A stretch of DNA of 64,000 nt from a virus, in IMG/VR virus record IMGVR_UViG_3300025082_002887, positions 20,702 through 84,701 of that record, one strand, 5' to 3'. The position numbers and the translations under genes were made by a program. Positions 38,645 through 50,361 of the stretch are shown piece after piece (the stretch's first letter is position 1; each line of letters begins with the position of its first letter). The notes under the pieces are model-generated. The model did not search any database, had not been told where the DNA came from, and saw only the letters and a program-made list of their open reading frames with translations.

Positions 38645-41600
38645 GCAAAGATTATAAAGAACTTTTTGGCCAAAAAGATGTTATTCTAACAAATGCGGAC
38701 AGAGAAGTTTTAGGGTCAGAACTAGAATCTGTCGAGTACATGACAGAATATTTCAACAAGAAACAAAGATTTGTCCCTCCTGTCGACTTCACCAAGCCTA
38801 AAAATTTCGCCCGGTTTGGCTCAGCAGAAAAATACTATATTGATGCAATTGATAGAATTTATAAAACTTATCCGTATGATGGCTCACTAAAAGAACGAGT
38901 TCAGTGGGAGTTAAGTTCATCTTATTTTGACCTCCACGTTTTTGAAAACGGATACCCCCGTACAAATGGTTACGTACTTTTTTCTCCGGAAGGCTGGGGA
39001 ACGAGAGTTGGCTCACAAGTCAATAACTTTGGTCTCTCGGATGCAGTTGAATATGTTCAAATTAAAGGCGGCCCCAATACTTCTCAGCGGAGTCAAGGCA
39101 AAGATATTCAGGACACAACAGGAGATTATAAAGATGGCTATGCTAATGTATGGGACCCCGTAAAAAATCGAACTTCTAACTTAGCTTTGGATCTTGACGA
39201 GGGCGTCACAGTTGAATTTTGGTTAAAAAAAGCAGCTGCGCTCGGCATCGGAGAATCAGTACTAGAAACAATATTTGATGCATGGAACGACGACGATTCC
39301 GCCGCCGCCTACGGTAGGCTCCAAATTCTCCACATTACGGCCGCCCCCAGCCTCATCGGAGTTTATTTCAGTTCGGGGTCTGTATACAATACTATGACAT
39401 CGCCTGCGTATTACTTGTCATTGGATGACCAGTGGCATCATTATGCAATTAGTTTGAAAAATGATGGTTCTAATTTAATCACTAAATTTTATAAAGATGG
39501 TGCATGCGTAAAGGAAGAAGCAGATACGACACTGAATGAAATTACTGGTTCTCTAATTGCGAATATTGGTGCTGCTCGACGCCCCTCGATAGTGCGCATG
39601 GAAACCGCAACCTTATCACCCGCCCAAAAAATTGATGGGTACGGCAAACTTTCTGGTTCTATAGATGAATTTAGATTTTGGAAAACAGAAAGAACATCCC
39701 AACAGATCGGTCGCCAAATGATCGAACCGGTCGGTGGCGGCGCAAATACTGATGATGCGAATACTGATTTAGGTGTATATTATAAATTTAACGAAGGAAT
39801 CACTTCAGTTGCCTCAACTGATAATATTGTCTTAGATTATTCTGGTAGAATTAGTAATGGTAGCTTTGTAGGATATAGCACCTCTAGTAGAAACACCAAC
39901 TCAGCAATAGTTGAATCAGGAAAAGCATCAGAAGAGTTTAAAGATCCAATTCTTTATGATTTTCACCCAGATGTTATATCTTTTCGAGACACAAAAAAAT
40001 CTGAAGGACAAATTTATGATTATTCAAATAATTCATCCATTTATCATACACTTCCAACGTGGATATTAGAAGAAGACGAGCTTAAAGAATACTCTCCATT
40101 AAGAAATTTAACTCAGATTATTGGCAGCTACTTTGATTCGTTAGCAAATCAAATTTGGACTCTTCCAAAATTAAAACATAAAAACTATTTAAGCTCAAGT
40201 TATAAAGCATATCCCTTTTCTGATAAGCTATTGGAATCAGTTGGGTTTTCATATTTTCCAGAATTATTTTCTGACGCGTCAGCCCTAGCTCAGTTCAGGA
40301 ATAGAGACGATAACTTACTTTTTAAACAGAAATTATATGACGTAAAAAATCGCATATATCAAAATATCTACAATAATATTGTTTATATATATAAAACAAA
40401 GGGCACCGAAAAGTCTTTTAGAAACCTTATTCGTTGTTTTGGCTTCGATGATGAAATTTATAAAATAAATTTATATGGGAATAGAGTAACTTATCAATTA
40501 AAAGACAACTACTCATCCGTGGCAGAGTTTAAAAAGTATATTAATTTTGCGCTAACAGGCACACAAGAAGCAACCGTTTTTCCAGTTTCATCGAGCAGGA
40601 ATCCAAACTCTACTTCATATATTTCTGGTACAGATAACAATGAATGTAGTTTTACATCATTCACAATGGAAACAGAAGTCGCCTTTCCTAGACGACACAG
40701 CCTCGCAGCTGCTAATACTGTAGTAGAATCCAGCAAAGGACCAAGCAAGTCTTTTAGAGCATATATACCTTTTAAAACCGCTTCTCTTTTTGGTACACAT
40801 CAAGTTAATGGCACAACAGAAAATGATTTAACATGGGCGTCAACTGATTATGCTAATTTTCAGGTGTCCGCTGTTAGAGATGAAGAATACTCGAAAAGAT
40901 GCCAATTCAAATTAACAGGCGTCGGCGCCTCTGTTATGCCAACCTTAACAAGCAGCTATTTCGATACAGTATTTGATGATACGCGCTGGACTTTTTCTGT
41001 AGCCTTAAGGCCGTCTTTGGAAGCAGATCTGCCATCCGGATCAATCCACTCTCCTTTTATAGTAGAATTTTATGGCGTAGAAAAAGTATTAGATATTACT
41101 AACAACGAATTTTTCTTGACCTCTTCAATTGATTCAACTAGCGCTCAGCGGTTTATGAATAATCCAAAGAGTGTTTATATCGGCGCACACCTAGAGAACT
41201 TTTCTGGAACACTGCAACAACGATCTGATGGAAATATTTCATCGACGCGAGTTTGGTTAACACATTTGCCAACCGGCACAATAAAACAGCACGCACAAGA
41301 CGTAAAGAACTACGGAACGTCAAGCCCATATAAAAGTGCGTATTTATATCAAACTTCAATGACCGGCACCCGCGTACCGGAAATTCATACGCTAGTATTA
41401 AATTGGACTTTTGACACAGTAACTGGATCTGATTCTGGCGGAGCATTTATTGGAGAAGATTTTTCTTCCGGCTCAGTTAGTTTACAAAACCGATATAATT
41501 GGATTGGAAACATTGTAGGAAAACAATATTTACCAAAAGGTTACAATTTCCCAACTAATTTTTCTAGCTCTATTAATAAAAAGTATGTTTATTCTGCAAA

Positions 41601-44600
41601 AAAACAATTACCAGAGTTTGTAAACAGTTCAAACATGGTAAATATTTTGTCTGATGATGACATATTTTTTAATAAAGTTGATTTAGCGCGACCAACGAAT
41701 TATTATATGTATATTGAAAAAAGTATGTATCAAACCATATCGGAAGAAATGGTAAGAATGTTTTCTTCAATAAAAGATTTTAATAACCTGATTGGAGAGC
41801 CGGCAAATAAATATCGAAGCAGTTATAAGCATATGGAAAAGCTTCGACAACTCTTCTTTGAAAGGGTCGGCAATACACCAGATCTAGATAAATATATTGA
41901 TTTTTATAAATGGGTCGATCACACTTTAGATGTATTACTTGGCTATCTGGTACCGGCGTCAGCAGACATTAGCGATCAATATGGCAGCAATATTCGTACG
42001 CTAGTAGAAAGTCACGTTTTAGAAAGAAACAAATATAAATGGCAATTCCCCACATTAGAAGATAAAGGATCAGACCCGGAAGGAAATATACTTGGCATTA
42101 ATGAACTCCTTTATAATTGGGAATATGGCCATACACCCCTCGATCCTTTCAATTCGAAAAGTATCGCCTTTAATGGGATGACCGGTCATTCACTATTGGC
42201 CGCCCCAGCACCCGCTTCTGATTTGCTCTTCGGCGCCGATGGGGATCCCGCCAATGAACCCAAGTTTTCTTTATGTGCGTGGGTTAAGCCAGCCACGTCT
42301 CTCAGCACGAACTTTGGGGTTATAGGCCACGGCGCCTATTCCGCAACCAACGCCGGCTATGCTTTAGATATATCCACAGCACATAAAGTTCGAATGTCTA
42401 TCCGCGATGAAGACACCAATGCGAGCAACCTGTTGACTGCAATAGAAAATGCCGTTAGTTTGACACCTGGCGAATGGAACCACATTTGTGCAACTTATGA
42501 TGGTTCTTCCGCCGCCACTGGAATAACTATTTATGTTAATGGAGAGTCTAAGACAACGACAAAAACCACTGGCGGTTCCTATTCTGCGATGCACAATATC
42601 AACTCCGATGTTACTATTGGGCGGAAATATTCAAATTTCACCTATGATAGCCAGGCCGAAGGTAATATTGATGAAGTTGCCGCCTTCGGCAAAGAGTTGT
42701 CAGCCACTGAAGTTACCGAGCTTTACCATTCGCGACATGCGTACGATCTAAACACCTTTTCTGCCCGGACCAGTTTAGTTTCATGGTGGAGAATGGGGGA
42801 TAAAGCCTCCGGAACATCCCCAAACTATACAATTCCTGATCTAGTTGGCTCTAACAACGCCACAATGACCAACTTTTCAGGCACCATAGACAGTGGGGTA
42901 GTCGACGATCATGCACCCTCTGTTCGGGACCAAATTCAAAAGTGCCTATGGTGGCGCCAGAGGGCAGAAAGAGATACTCCAGCCATCTCTTCATCCGCTA
43001 ACGGCGTTAATTCTGATAAGCAGGCAATGCTTGATTCCATCAACAACGAGACAAACGCTAAGAACTATATGCTATATGATAGTGCAACTAGCACAACGTA
43101 TTCTGGTTCTACATTTGCAATTCGCCGATTAGCCAAACCATACAAATTTACAGTTGATGAGTCTCGTACGACCAAGGGCGGTACAAATTATTATCCCAAT
43201 AAAAAAGTTGATATTATTAAGTCTGAAATATTATTTGGGCAGCCAGCCTCTGACAATCCAGTCGCGCGGCTATCATTGCCACTTTCCGAACTCGAAGCTC
43301 TTGAAAATTGCGATGACGACGCAGGGCTAATATTAAAACGCAAACGACATGGCCTAGCTTACATTTCTCATGACGACGCCTCCGACGCGACACATATAGC
43401 TCAAAAAGAAGGCTATCTTATAGGAAAAAGTGATTTATTTACACCGTTTAGTATGTATAGCGCGTCCAGCCCAGTTACTTATCATAACATAAGTGCGTGG
43501 CAGAATATTGACATTACAAACTACCACGCTGACATATACGGCCCTTCTTACGAAGTGCCAATGCAGGGGCCGTTCACAGAAAAATATGTCGGTGGAAATC
43601 AGTACAGACATGTGGGTTTAAATGATGGCCTTGATGATCTCAACACCCGCCCAGAGGGCTGGCGGACTCTTTTAGCTCCCACCGTTTTGTATCTTTACAA
43701 TGGCGGCGCAGGAGCCCAGGCACAGCCTAATGCCTCGCGCTATAGAGATGAAACAGCTAAACGCCCCGTAAACATTAGAAATATTCAACAAGCAACCGGG
43801 TCTAGTATAATTGGCAATTACAATAAAGATTATGAAATTTTAATGACTAGTGGCCGCACAATTAATAACCGCTTTTTTGTTAAAAACGAAGGCGTTTCTG
43901 CAAGCTCAACAGACTCTTTATCGGTAAGCGGAGTATTCGATTATGTTTTACCAGGCGCCGCTCAATCAGAAAGAGACCGACAAGAAGTTGTTATAAACGG
44001 TCTAACTTCGTCCGCGCGCAATGATTATATTATTGTCAACAGATTCTCTGCGCCTGGAGATCCATCAACAATGGGGTTTGCTTATTTAGATATCGAGGCA
44101 CAAGAATATTCAGTTTACAATGCACTGCCATGGCGCAACTTAATAGTTCGTGAAAGTTTGCATGAGCTGCTGACAGATCACACAAAACAATTTGGATATT
44201 TTAGTGACACACAGAATTCAGCCAGCTATGCTTTAGCGGGCGCCACCTATCCGGGGTCCAGCGGCTCGGTAAATGCACTAGATTATGTCGGCACCGCATC
44301 TTTTCACAAGATCAATAGAAACGCAACAAGAACAATAAATTTGACAGAGACTACAGCCAACTTTGATAATAGTAAATATATAGATTTTGAAGCTTCGAAC
44401 AGTGAATTTCTAAGCTCTTCGGCACCAAGCGGATTTCTGACAAATAAGTTTAGTTTCTCTGCGTGGGTAAAAGCAGAAAGCGTGGATACTAATACTTATA
44501 TAGCCACTCATGGGGATTTTGGGTCGAGCCACTACACCGCTCGTTGGTGGTTGTTGAAACGCACAGACGCGGTCGCCGGAGTGGATGCCATAACTGTATA

Positions 44601-47600
44601 TATTGTGGGTGACGGATGGTCTACTTCAACTTATAAATTTTGGACCACCGCCGAAGACGCTATTTACGCAGACACTTGGGCCCATGTTGCCTTCACTTAT
44701 GACGCCTCTCTTGACAGCGCCGGCGGCGACGCGGCCCTTAAAATTTATATTAACGGAGTAGAACAATCCACCACTATGGGTGAAACCGGCACCGGTGCGC
44801 AGCCGCCTAATTTGACTTCTCAAAACGGCCCATTCGTTGTTGGTGCCATCCAAAACAACGGCGCGCCAAGCTCACCATTCGACGGCGGCATAGATGAGCC
44901 AAGTTTTTGGAACACGGCTTTATCGCATCTCGACATTAAAGAAATTTACGAAGGATCTTCCGGAGTTTATAGCGCCGCCGGCGGCCCTGGCAATTTGAAT
45001 GCGCACACAAAGAAAGATAATTTAGTTTCATGGTGGCGAATGGGCGATGACTATAATGATGATGTTACGCCCGGTATACCTGATGGTGTTCAAGACGTCG
45101 GCCAAAATGGAAATAATAACCACCTGACAATACCAATCGCATCGTGGAACCCAGTGTCGTCTTCGGTAAATTATTTAACAGGCGCGGCCTATTATGTGGC
45201 GGAAACTGGCCCCAAAAGAAATGATAACTGGTTTGTCCAACATCAGATTCCTCAAACTGATTTACAATATCAATGGATTACAGCAAGCGTAATTGAAGGA
45301 TATACGGGCTCAGCATATTATGGTTTCCAACAGCCAGATTATAGCAACGCAGGTTTAGCTTCTACTGATATTACGTTTGTACTACAAAGCCAGATTGAAG
45401 ATGCAGATGGAAATAAAGTTGATTTTGCTGGAATAAATACGTTGATTGTCGATCCGATTTCAAGTACTTCGAACACATTAAGTTCATCTGATGGCTATCT
45501 TGGCTATAGTAATAATGATGTGGCCGGCGGCATCGCCCCATCTCAAATTTTAAATGGTTTAAATCTCCATAGAAACGGCCCTTACGAATGGGCTTCGTGG
45601 CAACAAATTAGAGGAAATGAACATCCTGTAATCCGACTACATAGAAAGGAAAATAGACAATCATTTTTACAATTAATCAAAGGCGGTACAGACTCAGGAA
45701 AATTAAAATATAAAAAATCTGTAGTTTCTCAAATAGTGACACCAATTACATCAAAGCACAAGCCGTTAAAACATTATTTAAATATTAAGGAAAATAAACA
45801 TTCAGATTCTCCCACTTCAGGAATAACAATACGCCATACCTATGGAAATGAAAGATGTTACTTTCCTCAAAGAACTTCGGGTGGAATAGATTTGAATAAA
45901 TCAAACTTTATTTATACTCAAGCAGGTACTATGGGCCAAGCAATTAATCAGGGACAAAAGAATTTAATTTATGACTCTTTGAATCAATTTATTATTAACA
46001 AAGATATGAGCGGGTCAACTGCAAACCCTGTTGATAAATTTGTTAAAATGACAATGGGACAGACAATTCATCCTCGCGGATATAACACTTATACAAAAAG
46101 AACAAGACAGCGCGACAACTTCCAAAATAATTTCTGGAGAGATCTTCGATTAGCAAGAACACCGGGATACCCAAACTTTGTGACGGCGAGCGTCTACCCG
46201 TACAACCTACACAAGAATTCCCAAGGATTCGGCACATGGTACTCTTGTAAGGCCTCGGGGCGCGCCTCGAACGGGGGCACCGCAGAGCTTCCAATGTCAA
46301 GTATGTGGGCTCTCGACGGCCGCGTTGACCGAGCAGGATCGTATCAAGACGCCGTGCTCGATAATAATAGCTGCGACGGGCAACCATCAGGCACTTCTGG
46401 TATGGTCTCGAAAGGTGAACTGCAGAATAGTTATAGTTTATACTTATATATTCAAGCCAGCGGGATCCGGTTTCATATATTATTGGCCGCGGCCGCAACT
46501 TATTGTCGAATGGTGCCAGAAAGCATGTCAAGCGGAATACAGTTCGCTGGGGACACCAAATGGGAAGCCGGCGAACAAGCAGGCATTAATCCTTTTTACG
46601 ATTCGTATGAATATTATATTGAAGATCTAAAAAGAATAGGTAAAGATTATGGAATATTACCAGAATTTAGAATTAGTGACCATATGGATTATTATGTAAA
46701 TGACAAAAAAGAAGACTTTTTAGCAAACAATCCCGGTTTCCTTAGCCTAACTGGGTCAACGATTTCTAGTAGTAATGATGAATCTTTTTATACGGTGTAT
46801 TCCACTAGTGATTTTATGCAACATTTTGGTTTAGTTCGAAAAGATTACGGAAAAACTGCGCTCCCCACTGAATTAAAACTTGAATGTAAAGGCTTAATGA
46901 AATTTTTACCATATGATGGTTTTTATCCAGCACAAAGAACATTACAATTAGCATCGCTATTTAGTAAATCTTTCGGCCCAACGGCTGAAAAATATTCAAC
47001 CGGCTGGGGCGGCTACAATCCGCTGATCAGCTCGTGGCAAACTCTTTTGCAGCCCATATTTTCCCCGGGTCTATTATATAATTCAATTAAATCTGGCATC
47101 GCAGTTGAATATCCAGTTTGCACAGGCTCAGCAGGCGTACATATGGCTATCACAGGAGTATACGCAGATTCCGGAGTCGGCTTCCCCGGCTGGGGAGACC
47201 ATCATGATGGCGCCGATGCACGCCTTTCGGGCACTTTCGAACATAGAATACCATTTGAGGCTTTAGCAAGCCCAAACCAGCACTTAAATGGCTTAAAAAT
47301 AATATATATGGAGCCACACCCTAGCGCTTCTATCATGCAGACAGCCAGCTTTGGCACCTCCGAGAATCCATTATATCGCTATGCAATGAACAACTTCTTA
47401 GCGGAAACGCCATCATTTTTCTTGCAAGGGAGCGGTCTTAGCACCATATCTTCAAAATCGGACAAAGATTTAAAAACAGTTGAGGAAAATAAACAGTATA
47501 AAATGAGAATAGTGCTAGCACATTCACAGCGGAAAAATAAAGAACTTTTTGAGATAAGTGCCATTGACCCAGACGAAAGCTCAAAATTTGCACTGTCACG

Positions 47601-49278
47601 GTCGTTAAATTATCTTTCTTTCGAATGGAATCGGCCAACCATAACAATGTATAATCGCTCCTTCGACCGGTCAACCAAAAAAGATTATGTAGGATCTTTT
47701 GTGGGGGACAGCGGATCAACACTAGCTTACGGGTCGTCTTTTGGTCCTCCTTGTGCAGCCTCCTCCTCAGAGTATGGCTACGAAGCTAGTTTCGAGCCTT
47801 TTACACCGCCTTATTATAATGGCTATAGTCATATTGAGGTTACATATGATTCTGGCCTAGGCGGCGACACACAAATATCTGATATACTAGCCAAAGCCCA
47901 ATCAACGGCCACTCTTCATCGTGAACATAGCCGGCTGGATTATGCCAACTCACCGGCTGGAGTCAATGCGATGCAGCTTACAGCGTCTTTAAATTGGAAT
48001 CAGCTTGTTACGGACCCTGATACTGGAGCAGGAAGATGGGTGATACAACCCAAATGGGAATGTCCTGTATTAGATTTTAATGAAGCTGATATCACATTGC
48101 CAATTACTGGATCTGGATCAGTTGCAAAAGGAATGTGGCACCAATATGGCTCTATTCCACGCGGGCCGGCCGGCATCACTTTATCAGTACAGGATGTACC
48201 AGGGTCAGATTCTCTAAGAGATCTTTTGGGCATAGAAACTGAGGAAATAAAACTAGGCCGCGTCTCAGAAGAAGGTAAAGAAATTTCTGAAGCTATTGTT
48301 GCAATACCGTTCGTAGATCAGGTAGCCAAAGATTATTTCAATATTAATCGTCAAACAATTGACTGGGCTGAAGCTATATTAAAGCCGCCGCCGACTTTCC
48401 ACTCTGACAACGCTTCTTACTGGGTTGATAGATTTGTCGCTACTAAAAAGCCTTTTAAAATTCACAAGCCTGCACAAAGTGTTCTTGAGATGGTTAAGAA
48501 AATGCGAAAATATGTAATTCCCCCGCGCTTCGATTTCTTAACAAACAAAAGTATTAAACCTCTTGCAATGGTAATATTTGAATTTACAGCACAATTATCG
48601 CAACAAGATTTAGTAAATATATGGCAGAATTTGCCGCCAACAAGTTTAAGCACTATCATGACAGGATCTCAAGCAACAATTTCATTAGATCTTCTCCGAC
48701 GTTATGAATCTTTTGACGGAGACCCAACAGGGGACAGCTGGAAAGGATTTAGCTTATTGAATGAAAGAGCACCGGACAACGGACCGTCCCCTTTCCCAAG
48801 TAAAATTCAGTGGCTTGTTTTCAAAGTAAAGAAGAAAGCAAAAACTAATTATTTTGGTTTAACAGCAAAAAATGAAAAATCTGAAGCTCAAACAGCCATG
48901 GGGTTTGATCCAACTTTTAAAGGTACCCCGCCTCCTCCAATTCCTAATTATAGTTTTAATTGGCCATATGATTTCTTTTCTTTAGTTGAGTTAGCCAAAA
49001 TAGATTCTACATATAAATTAGAACCACACCCATCACTAGTAAAAGACATCGCCCCCTCAAAGATTTCTCTTGAAGAAGCGCTTGACAAAGGAGAGGACGC
49101 ATCTGAAAATACTGAAGAAATAACTAACAAGGAAAAAGAATTGACGATGGGCCAACAAACGGGCGTCGGCTGGGATAAAAATGCATTAGAAAATGTCGAT
49201 CAACAAGGTGGTGCCGTAGATAAGCCCGCCGGCGGCGCAGGTTCTGGAAAAGCTGGTAAGCCTGGAGGAGTATATTAA
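38641..49278 (+). CDS. Giant baseplate wedge/tail protein (gp7/gpI-like core) with multiple LamG/concanavalin-like domains (3545 aa)
   Basis: YKTKGTEKSFRNLIRCFG wedge motif; LamG signatures VTVEFW..WHHYA..IDEFRFW, FSLCAWVK..WNHICATY..IDEVAAF and FSFSAWVK..WAHVAFTY..IDEPSFW. Confidence 0.75.
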   Translation: MSKDYKELFGQKDVILTNADREVLGSELESVEYMTEYFNKKQRFVPPVDFTKPKNFARFGSAEKYYIDAIDRIYKTYPYDGSLKERVQWELSSSYFDLHVFENGYPRTNGYVLFSPEGWGTRVGSQVNNFGLSDAVEYVQIKGGPNTSQRSQGKDIQDTTGDYKDGYANVWDPVKNRTSNLALDLDEGVTVEFWLKKAAALGIGESVLETIFDAWNDDDSAAAYGRLQILHITAAPSLIGVYFSSGSVYNTMTSPAYYLSLDDQWHHYAISLKNDGSNLITKFYKDGACVKEEADTTLNEITGSLIANIGAARRPSIVRMETATLSPAQKIDGYGKLSGSIDEFRFWKTERTSQQIGRQMIEPVGGGANTDDANTDLGVYYKFNEGITSVASTDNIVLDYSGRISNGSFVGYSTSSRNTNSAIVESGKASEEFKDPILYDFHPDVISFRDTKKSEGQIYDYSNNSSIYHTLPTWILEEDELKEYSPLRNLTQIIGSYFDSLANQIWTLPKLKHKNYLSSSYKAYPFSDKLLESVGFSYFPELFSDASALAQFRNRDDNLLFKQKLYDVKNRIYQNIYNNIVYIYKTKGTEKSFRNLIRCFGFDDEIYKINLYGNRVTYQLKDNYSSVAEFKKYINFALTGTQEATVFPVSSSRNPNSTSYISGTDNNECSFTSFTMETEVAFPRRHSLAAANTVVESSKGPSKSFRAYIPFKTASLFGTHQVNGTTENDLTWASTDYANFQVSAVRDEEYSKRCQFKLTGVGASVMPTLTSSYFDTVFDDTRWTFSVALRPSLEADLPSGSIHSPFIVEFYGVEKVLDITNNEFFLTSSIDSTSAQRFMNNPKSVYIGAHLENFSGTLQQRSDGNISSTRVWLTHLPTGTIKQHAQDVKNYGTSSPYKSAYLYQTSMTGTRVPEIHTLVLNWTFDTVTGSDSGGAFIGEDFSSGSVSLQNRYNWIGNIVGKQYLPKGYNFPTNFSSSINKKYVYSAKKQLPEFVNSSNMVNILSDDDIFFNKVDLARPTNYYMYIEKSMYQTISEEMVRMFSSIKDFNNLIGEPANKYRSSYKHMEKLRQLFFERVGNTPDLDKYIDFYKWVDHTLDVLLGYLVPASADISDQYGSNIRTLVESHVLERNKYKWQFPTLEDKGSDPEGNILGINELLYNWEYGHTPLDPFNSKSIAFNGMTGHSLLAAPAPASDLLFGADGDPANEPKFSLCAWVKPATSLSTNFGVIGHGAYSATNAGYALDISTAHKVRMSIRDEDTNASNLLTAIENAVSLTPGEWNHICATYDGSSAATGITIYVNGESKTTTKTTGGSYSAMHNINSDVTIGRKYSNFTYDSQAEGNIDEVAAFGKELSATEVTELYHSRHAYDLNTFSARTSLVSWWRMGDKASGTSPNYTIPDLVGSNNATMTNFSGTIDSGVVDDHAPSVRDQIQKCLWWRQRAERDTPAISSSANGVNSDKQAMLDSINNETNAKNYMLYDSATSTTYSGSTFAIRRLAKPYKFTVDESRTTKGGTNYYPNKKVDIIKSEILFGQPASDNPVARLSLPLSELEALENCDDDAGLILKRKRHGLAYISHDDASDATHIAQKEGYLIGKSDLFTPFSMYSASSPVTYHNISAWQNIDITNYHADIYGPSYEVPMQGPFTEKYVGGNQYRHVGLNDGLDDLNTRPEGWRTLLAPTVLYLYNGGAGAQAQPNASRYRDETAKRPVNIRNIQQATGSSIIGNYNKDYEILMTSGRTINNRFFVKNEGVSASSTDSLSVSGVFDYVLPGAAQSERDRQEVVINGLTSSARNDYIIVNRFSAPGDPSTMGFAYLDIEAQEYSVYNALPWRNLIVRESLHELLTDHTKQFGYFSDTQNSASYALAGATYPGSSGSVNALDYVGTASFHKINRNATRTINLTETTANFDNSKYIDFEASNSEFLSSSAPSGFLTNKFSFSAWVKAESVDTNTYIATHGDFGSSHYTARWWLLKRTDAVAGVDAITVYIVGDGWSTSTYKFWTTAEDAIYADTWAHVAFTYDASLDSAGGDAALKIYINGVEQSTTMGETGTGAQPPNLTSQNGPFVVGAIQNNGAPSSPFDGGIDEPSFWNTALSHLDIKEIYEGSSGVYSAAGGPGNLNAHTKKDNLVSWWRMGDDYNDDVTPGIPDGVQDVGQNGNNNHLTIPIASWNPVSSSVNYLTGAAYYVAETGPKRNDNWFVQHQIPQTDLQYQWITASVIEGYTGSAYYGFQQPDYSNAGLASTDITFVLQSQIEDADGNKVDFAGINTLIVDPISSTSNTLSSSDGYLGYSNNDVAGGIAPSQILNGLNLHRNGPYEWASWQQIRGNEHPVIRLHRKENRQSFLQLIKGGTDSGKLKYKKSVVSQIVTPITSKHKPLKHYLNIKENKHSDSPTSGITIRHTYGNERCYFPQRTSGGIDLNKSNFIYTQAGTMGQAINQGQKNLIYDSLNQFIINKDMSGSTANPVDKFVKMTMGQTIHPRGYNTYTKRTRQRDNFQNNFWRDLRLARTPGYPNFVTASVYPYNLHKNSQGFGTWYSCKASGRASNGGTAELPMSSMWALDGRVDRAGSYQDAVLDNNSCDGQPSGTSGMVSKGELQNSYSLYLYIQASGIRFHILLAAAATYCRMVPESMSSGIQFAGDTKWEAGEQAGINPFYDSYEYYIEDLKRIGKDYGILPEFRISDHMDYYVNDKKEDFLANNPGFLSLTGSTISSSNDESFYTVYSTSDFMQHFGLVRKDYGKTALPTELKLECKGLMKFLPYDGFYPAQRTLQLASLFSKSFGPTAEKYSTGWGGYNPLISSWQTLLQPIFSPGLLYNSIKSGIAVEYPVCTGSAGVHMAITGVYADSGVGFPGWGDHHDGADARLSGTFEHRIPFEALASPNQHLNGLKIIYMEPHPSASIMQTASFGTSENPLYRYAMNNFLAETPSFFLQGSGLSTISSKSDKDLKTVEENKQYKMRIVLAHSQRKNKELFEISAIDPDESSKFALSRSLNYLSFEWNRPTITMYNRSFDRSTKKDYVGSFVGDSGSTLAYGSSFGPPCAASSSEYGYEASFEPFTPPYYNGYSHIEVTYDSGLGGDTQISDILAKAQSTATLHREHSRLDYANSPAGVNAMQLTASLNWNQLVTDPDTGAGRWVIQPKWECPVLDFNEADITLPITGSGSVAKGMWHQYGSIPRGPAGITLSVQDVPGSDSLRDLLGIETEEIKLGRVSEEGKEISEAIVAIPFVDQVAKDYFNINRQTIDWAEAILKPPPTFHSDNASYWVDRFVATKKPFKIHKPAQSVLEMVKKMRKYVIPPRFDFLTNKSIKPLAMVIFEFTAQLSQQDLVNIWQNLPPTSLSTIMTGSQATISLDLLRRYESFDGDPTGDSWKGFSLLNERAPDNGPSPFPSKIQWLVFKVKKKAKTNYFGLTAKNEKSEAQTAMGFDPTFKGTPPPPIPNYSFNWPYDFFSLVELAKIDSTYKLEPHPSLVKDIAPSKISLEEALDKGEDASENTEEITNKEKELTMGQQTGVGWDKNALENVDQQGGAVDKPAGGAGSGKAGKPGGVY

Positions 49279-49281
49279 TAA

Positions 49282-50361
49282 ATGAGTTTTTTAGATCCAA
49301 AAGAAAGAGTCATTGATTTACAATTAACTTCATATGGAAGATATTTGTTGTCCATCGGAGCTTTTAAACCAGCAATATATGCTTTTTTTGATGATGATAT
49401 TATTTATGATCAACGTTTTACACAAAGTGGGTCTACCACAAAAACAGAAGAACTTCAAAATGAAATTGAGCTACGCATACAAGAAAACACTCCGCGCTTA
49501 GAAGCACAAACGCTTTATAGAGGGTCCGAACTTGGCGTCTTCTCTAGTAATCCAAACTTGGCTTACAATCTAATGCCAGGCGTGTTAGCGGACAAAAAGA
49601 ATGAAGTAAGCTTAACTCAAACTCCTGAAAAATCATACCTTCTGTCAGAACCAATTGGTAATTCTGCTTATAATTCTAAAAATATAGCTGCTTGGGACAT
49701 CGGCTTTTATAAGGCACCTTTATTAAACTCATCTGAAGTTTTAACTGGTTCTTATAAAGAGATGCCCACTACATTTATTCCGCAGCTGGAGTGTACTATA
49801 GACTATCACATTGAACGGTATCCGGCGGATGTGGAAATACAAAACACACTTGGAACATGGGAAAAAATGGCTCAAGCAGGAGAGGACGTCGCCGCGCATC
49901 AAGCCATGTACGATGAAAATACGCCTATTATGTTCAAAGATGATACTTATATGATTTATAAAGAAGACTTTGCATTATTAAAAATAGAAGAAGCCAATAC
50001 TGAATTTTTAAAAGAAAATTTTGAAATAGAAGTTTTCAAAAAAATCCCAGTAACCGGCTCTGCTACATATATCGTCGACGGCGTCACAAGAACTAAAACT
50101 ACTTATTCTGAAATACTAAAAAAATTATATTTTGGCGGCGACGATGTTATAGAGACAGATCGTATTGATTATTATTTTGATATAGATATTGATTTTGAAA
50201 TAAATGAAGAAGAATATTGCAAGCTAAGTCGCGACGAAGATAAAGTTAAAAATATTTATGTTGATAGGGTATTTAATTGTAAGAGCAGAAAAGAAACATT
50301 ATATGCATTAAATATTTATGCCACTGCTGAAAATCAAGAACCGGAGGATGTTTGCCCATGA
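49282..50361 (+). CDS. Structural protein, N-terminus paralogous to 57571-58515
   Basis: MSFLD...IDLQLTSYGRYLLS.G...YAFFDDDIIYD matches MAFLD...LDAVLTDAGRKRLA.G...YAFGDDEIDY. Confidence 0.65.
   Translation: MSFLDPKERVIDLQLTSYGRYLLSIGAFKPAIYAFFDDDIIYDQRFTQSGSTTKTEELQNEIELRIQENTPRLEAQTLYRGSELGVFSSNPNLAYNLMPGVLADKKNEVSLTQTPEKSYLLSEPIGNSAYNSKNIAAWDIGFYKAPLLNSSEVLTGSYKEMPTTFIPQLECTIDYHIERYPADVEIQNTLGTWEKMAQAGEDVAAHQAMYDENTPIMFKDDTYMIYKEDFALLKIEEANTEFLKENFEIEVFKKIPVTGSATYIVDGVTRTKTTYSEILKKLYFGGDDVIETDRIDYYFDIDIDFEINEEEYCKLSRDEDKVKNIYVDRVFNCKSRKETLYALNIYATAENQEPEDVCP

Noticed and set aside
26858-49278. Diversity-generating retroelement behind the GC-rich patches
   Set aside because: No reverse transcriptase and no template/variable repeat pair differing at adenines was seen in this window; it cannot be excluded elsewhere in the genome.
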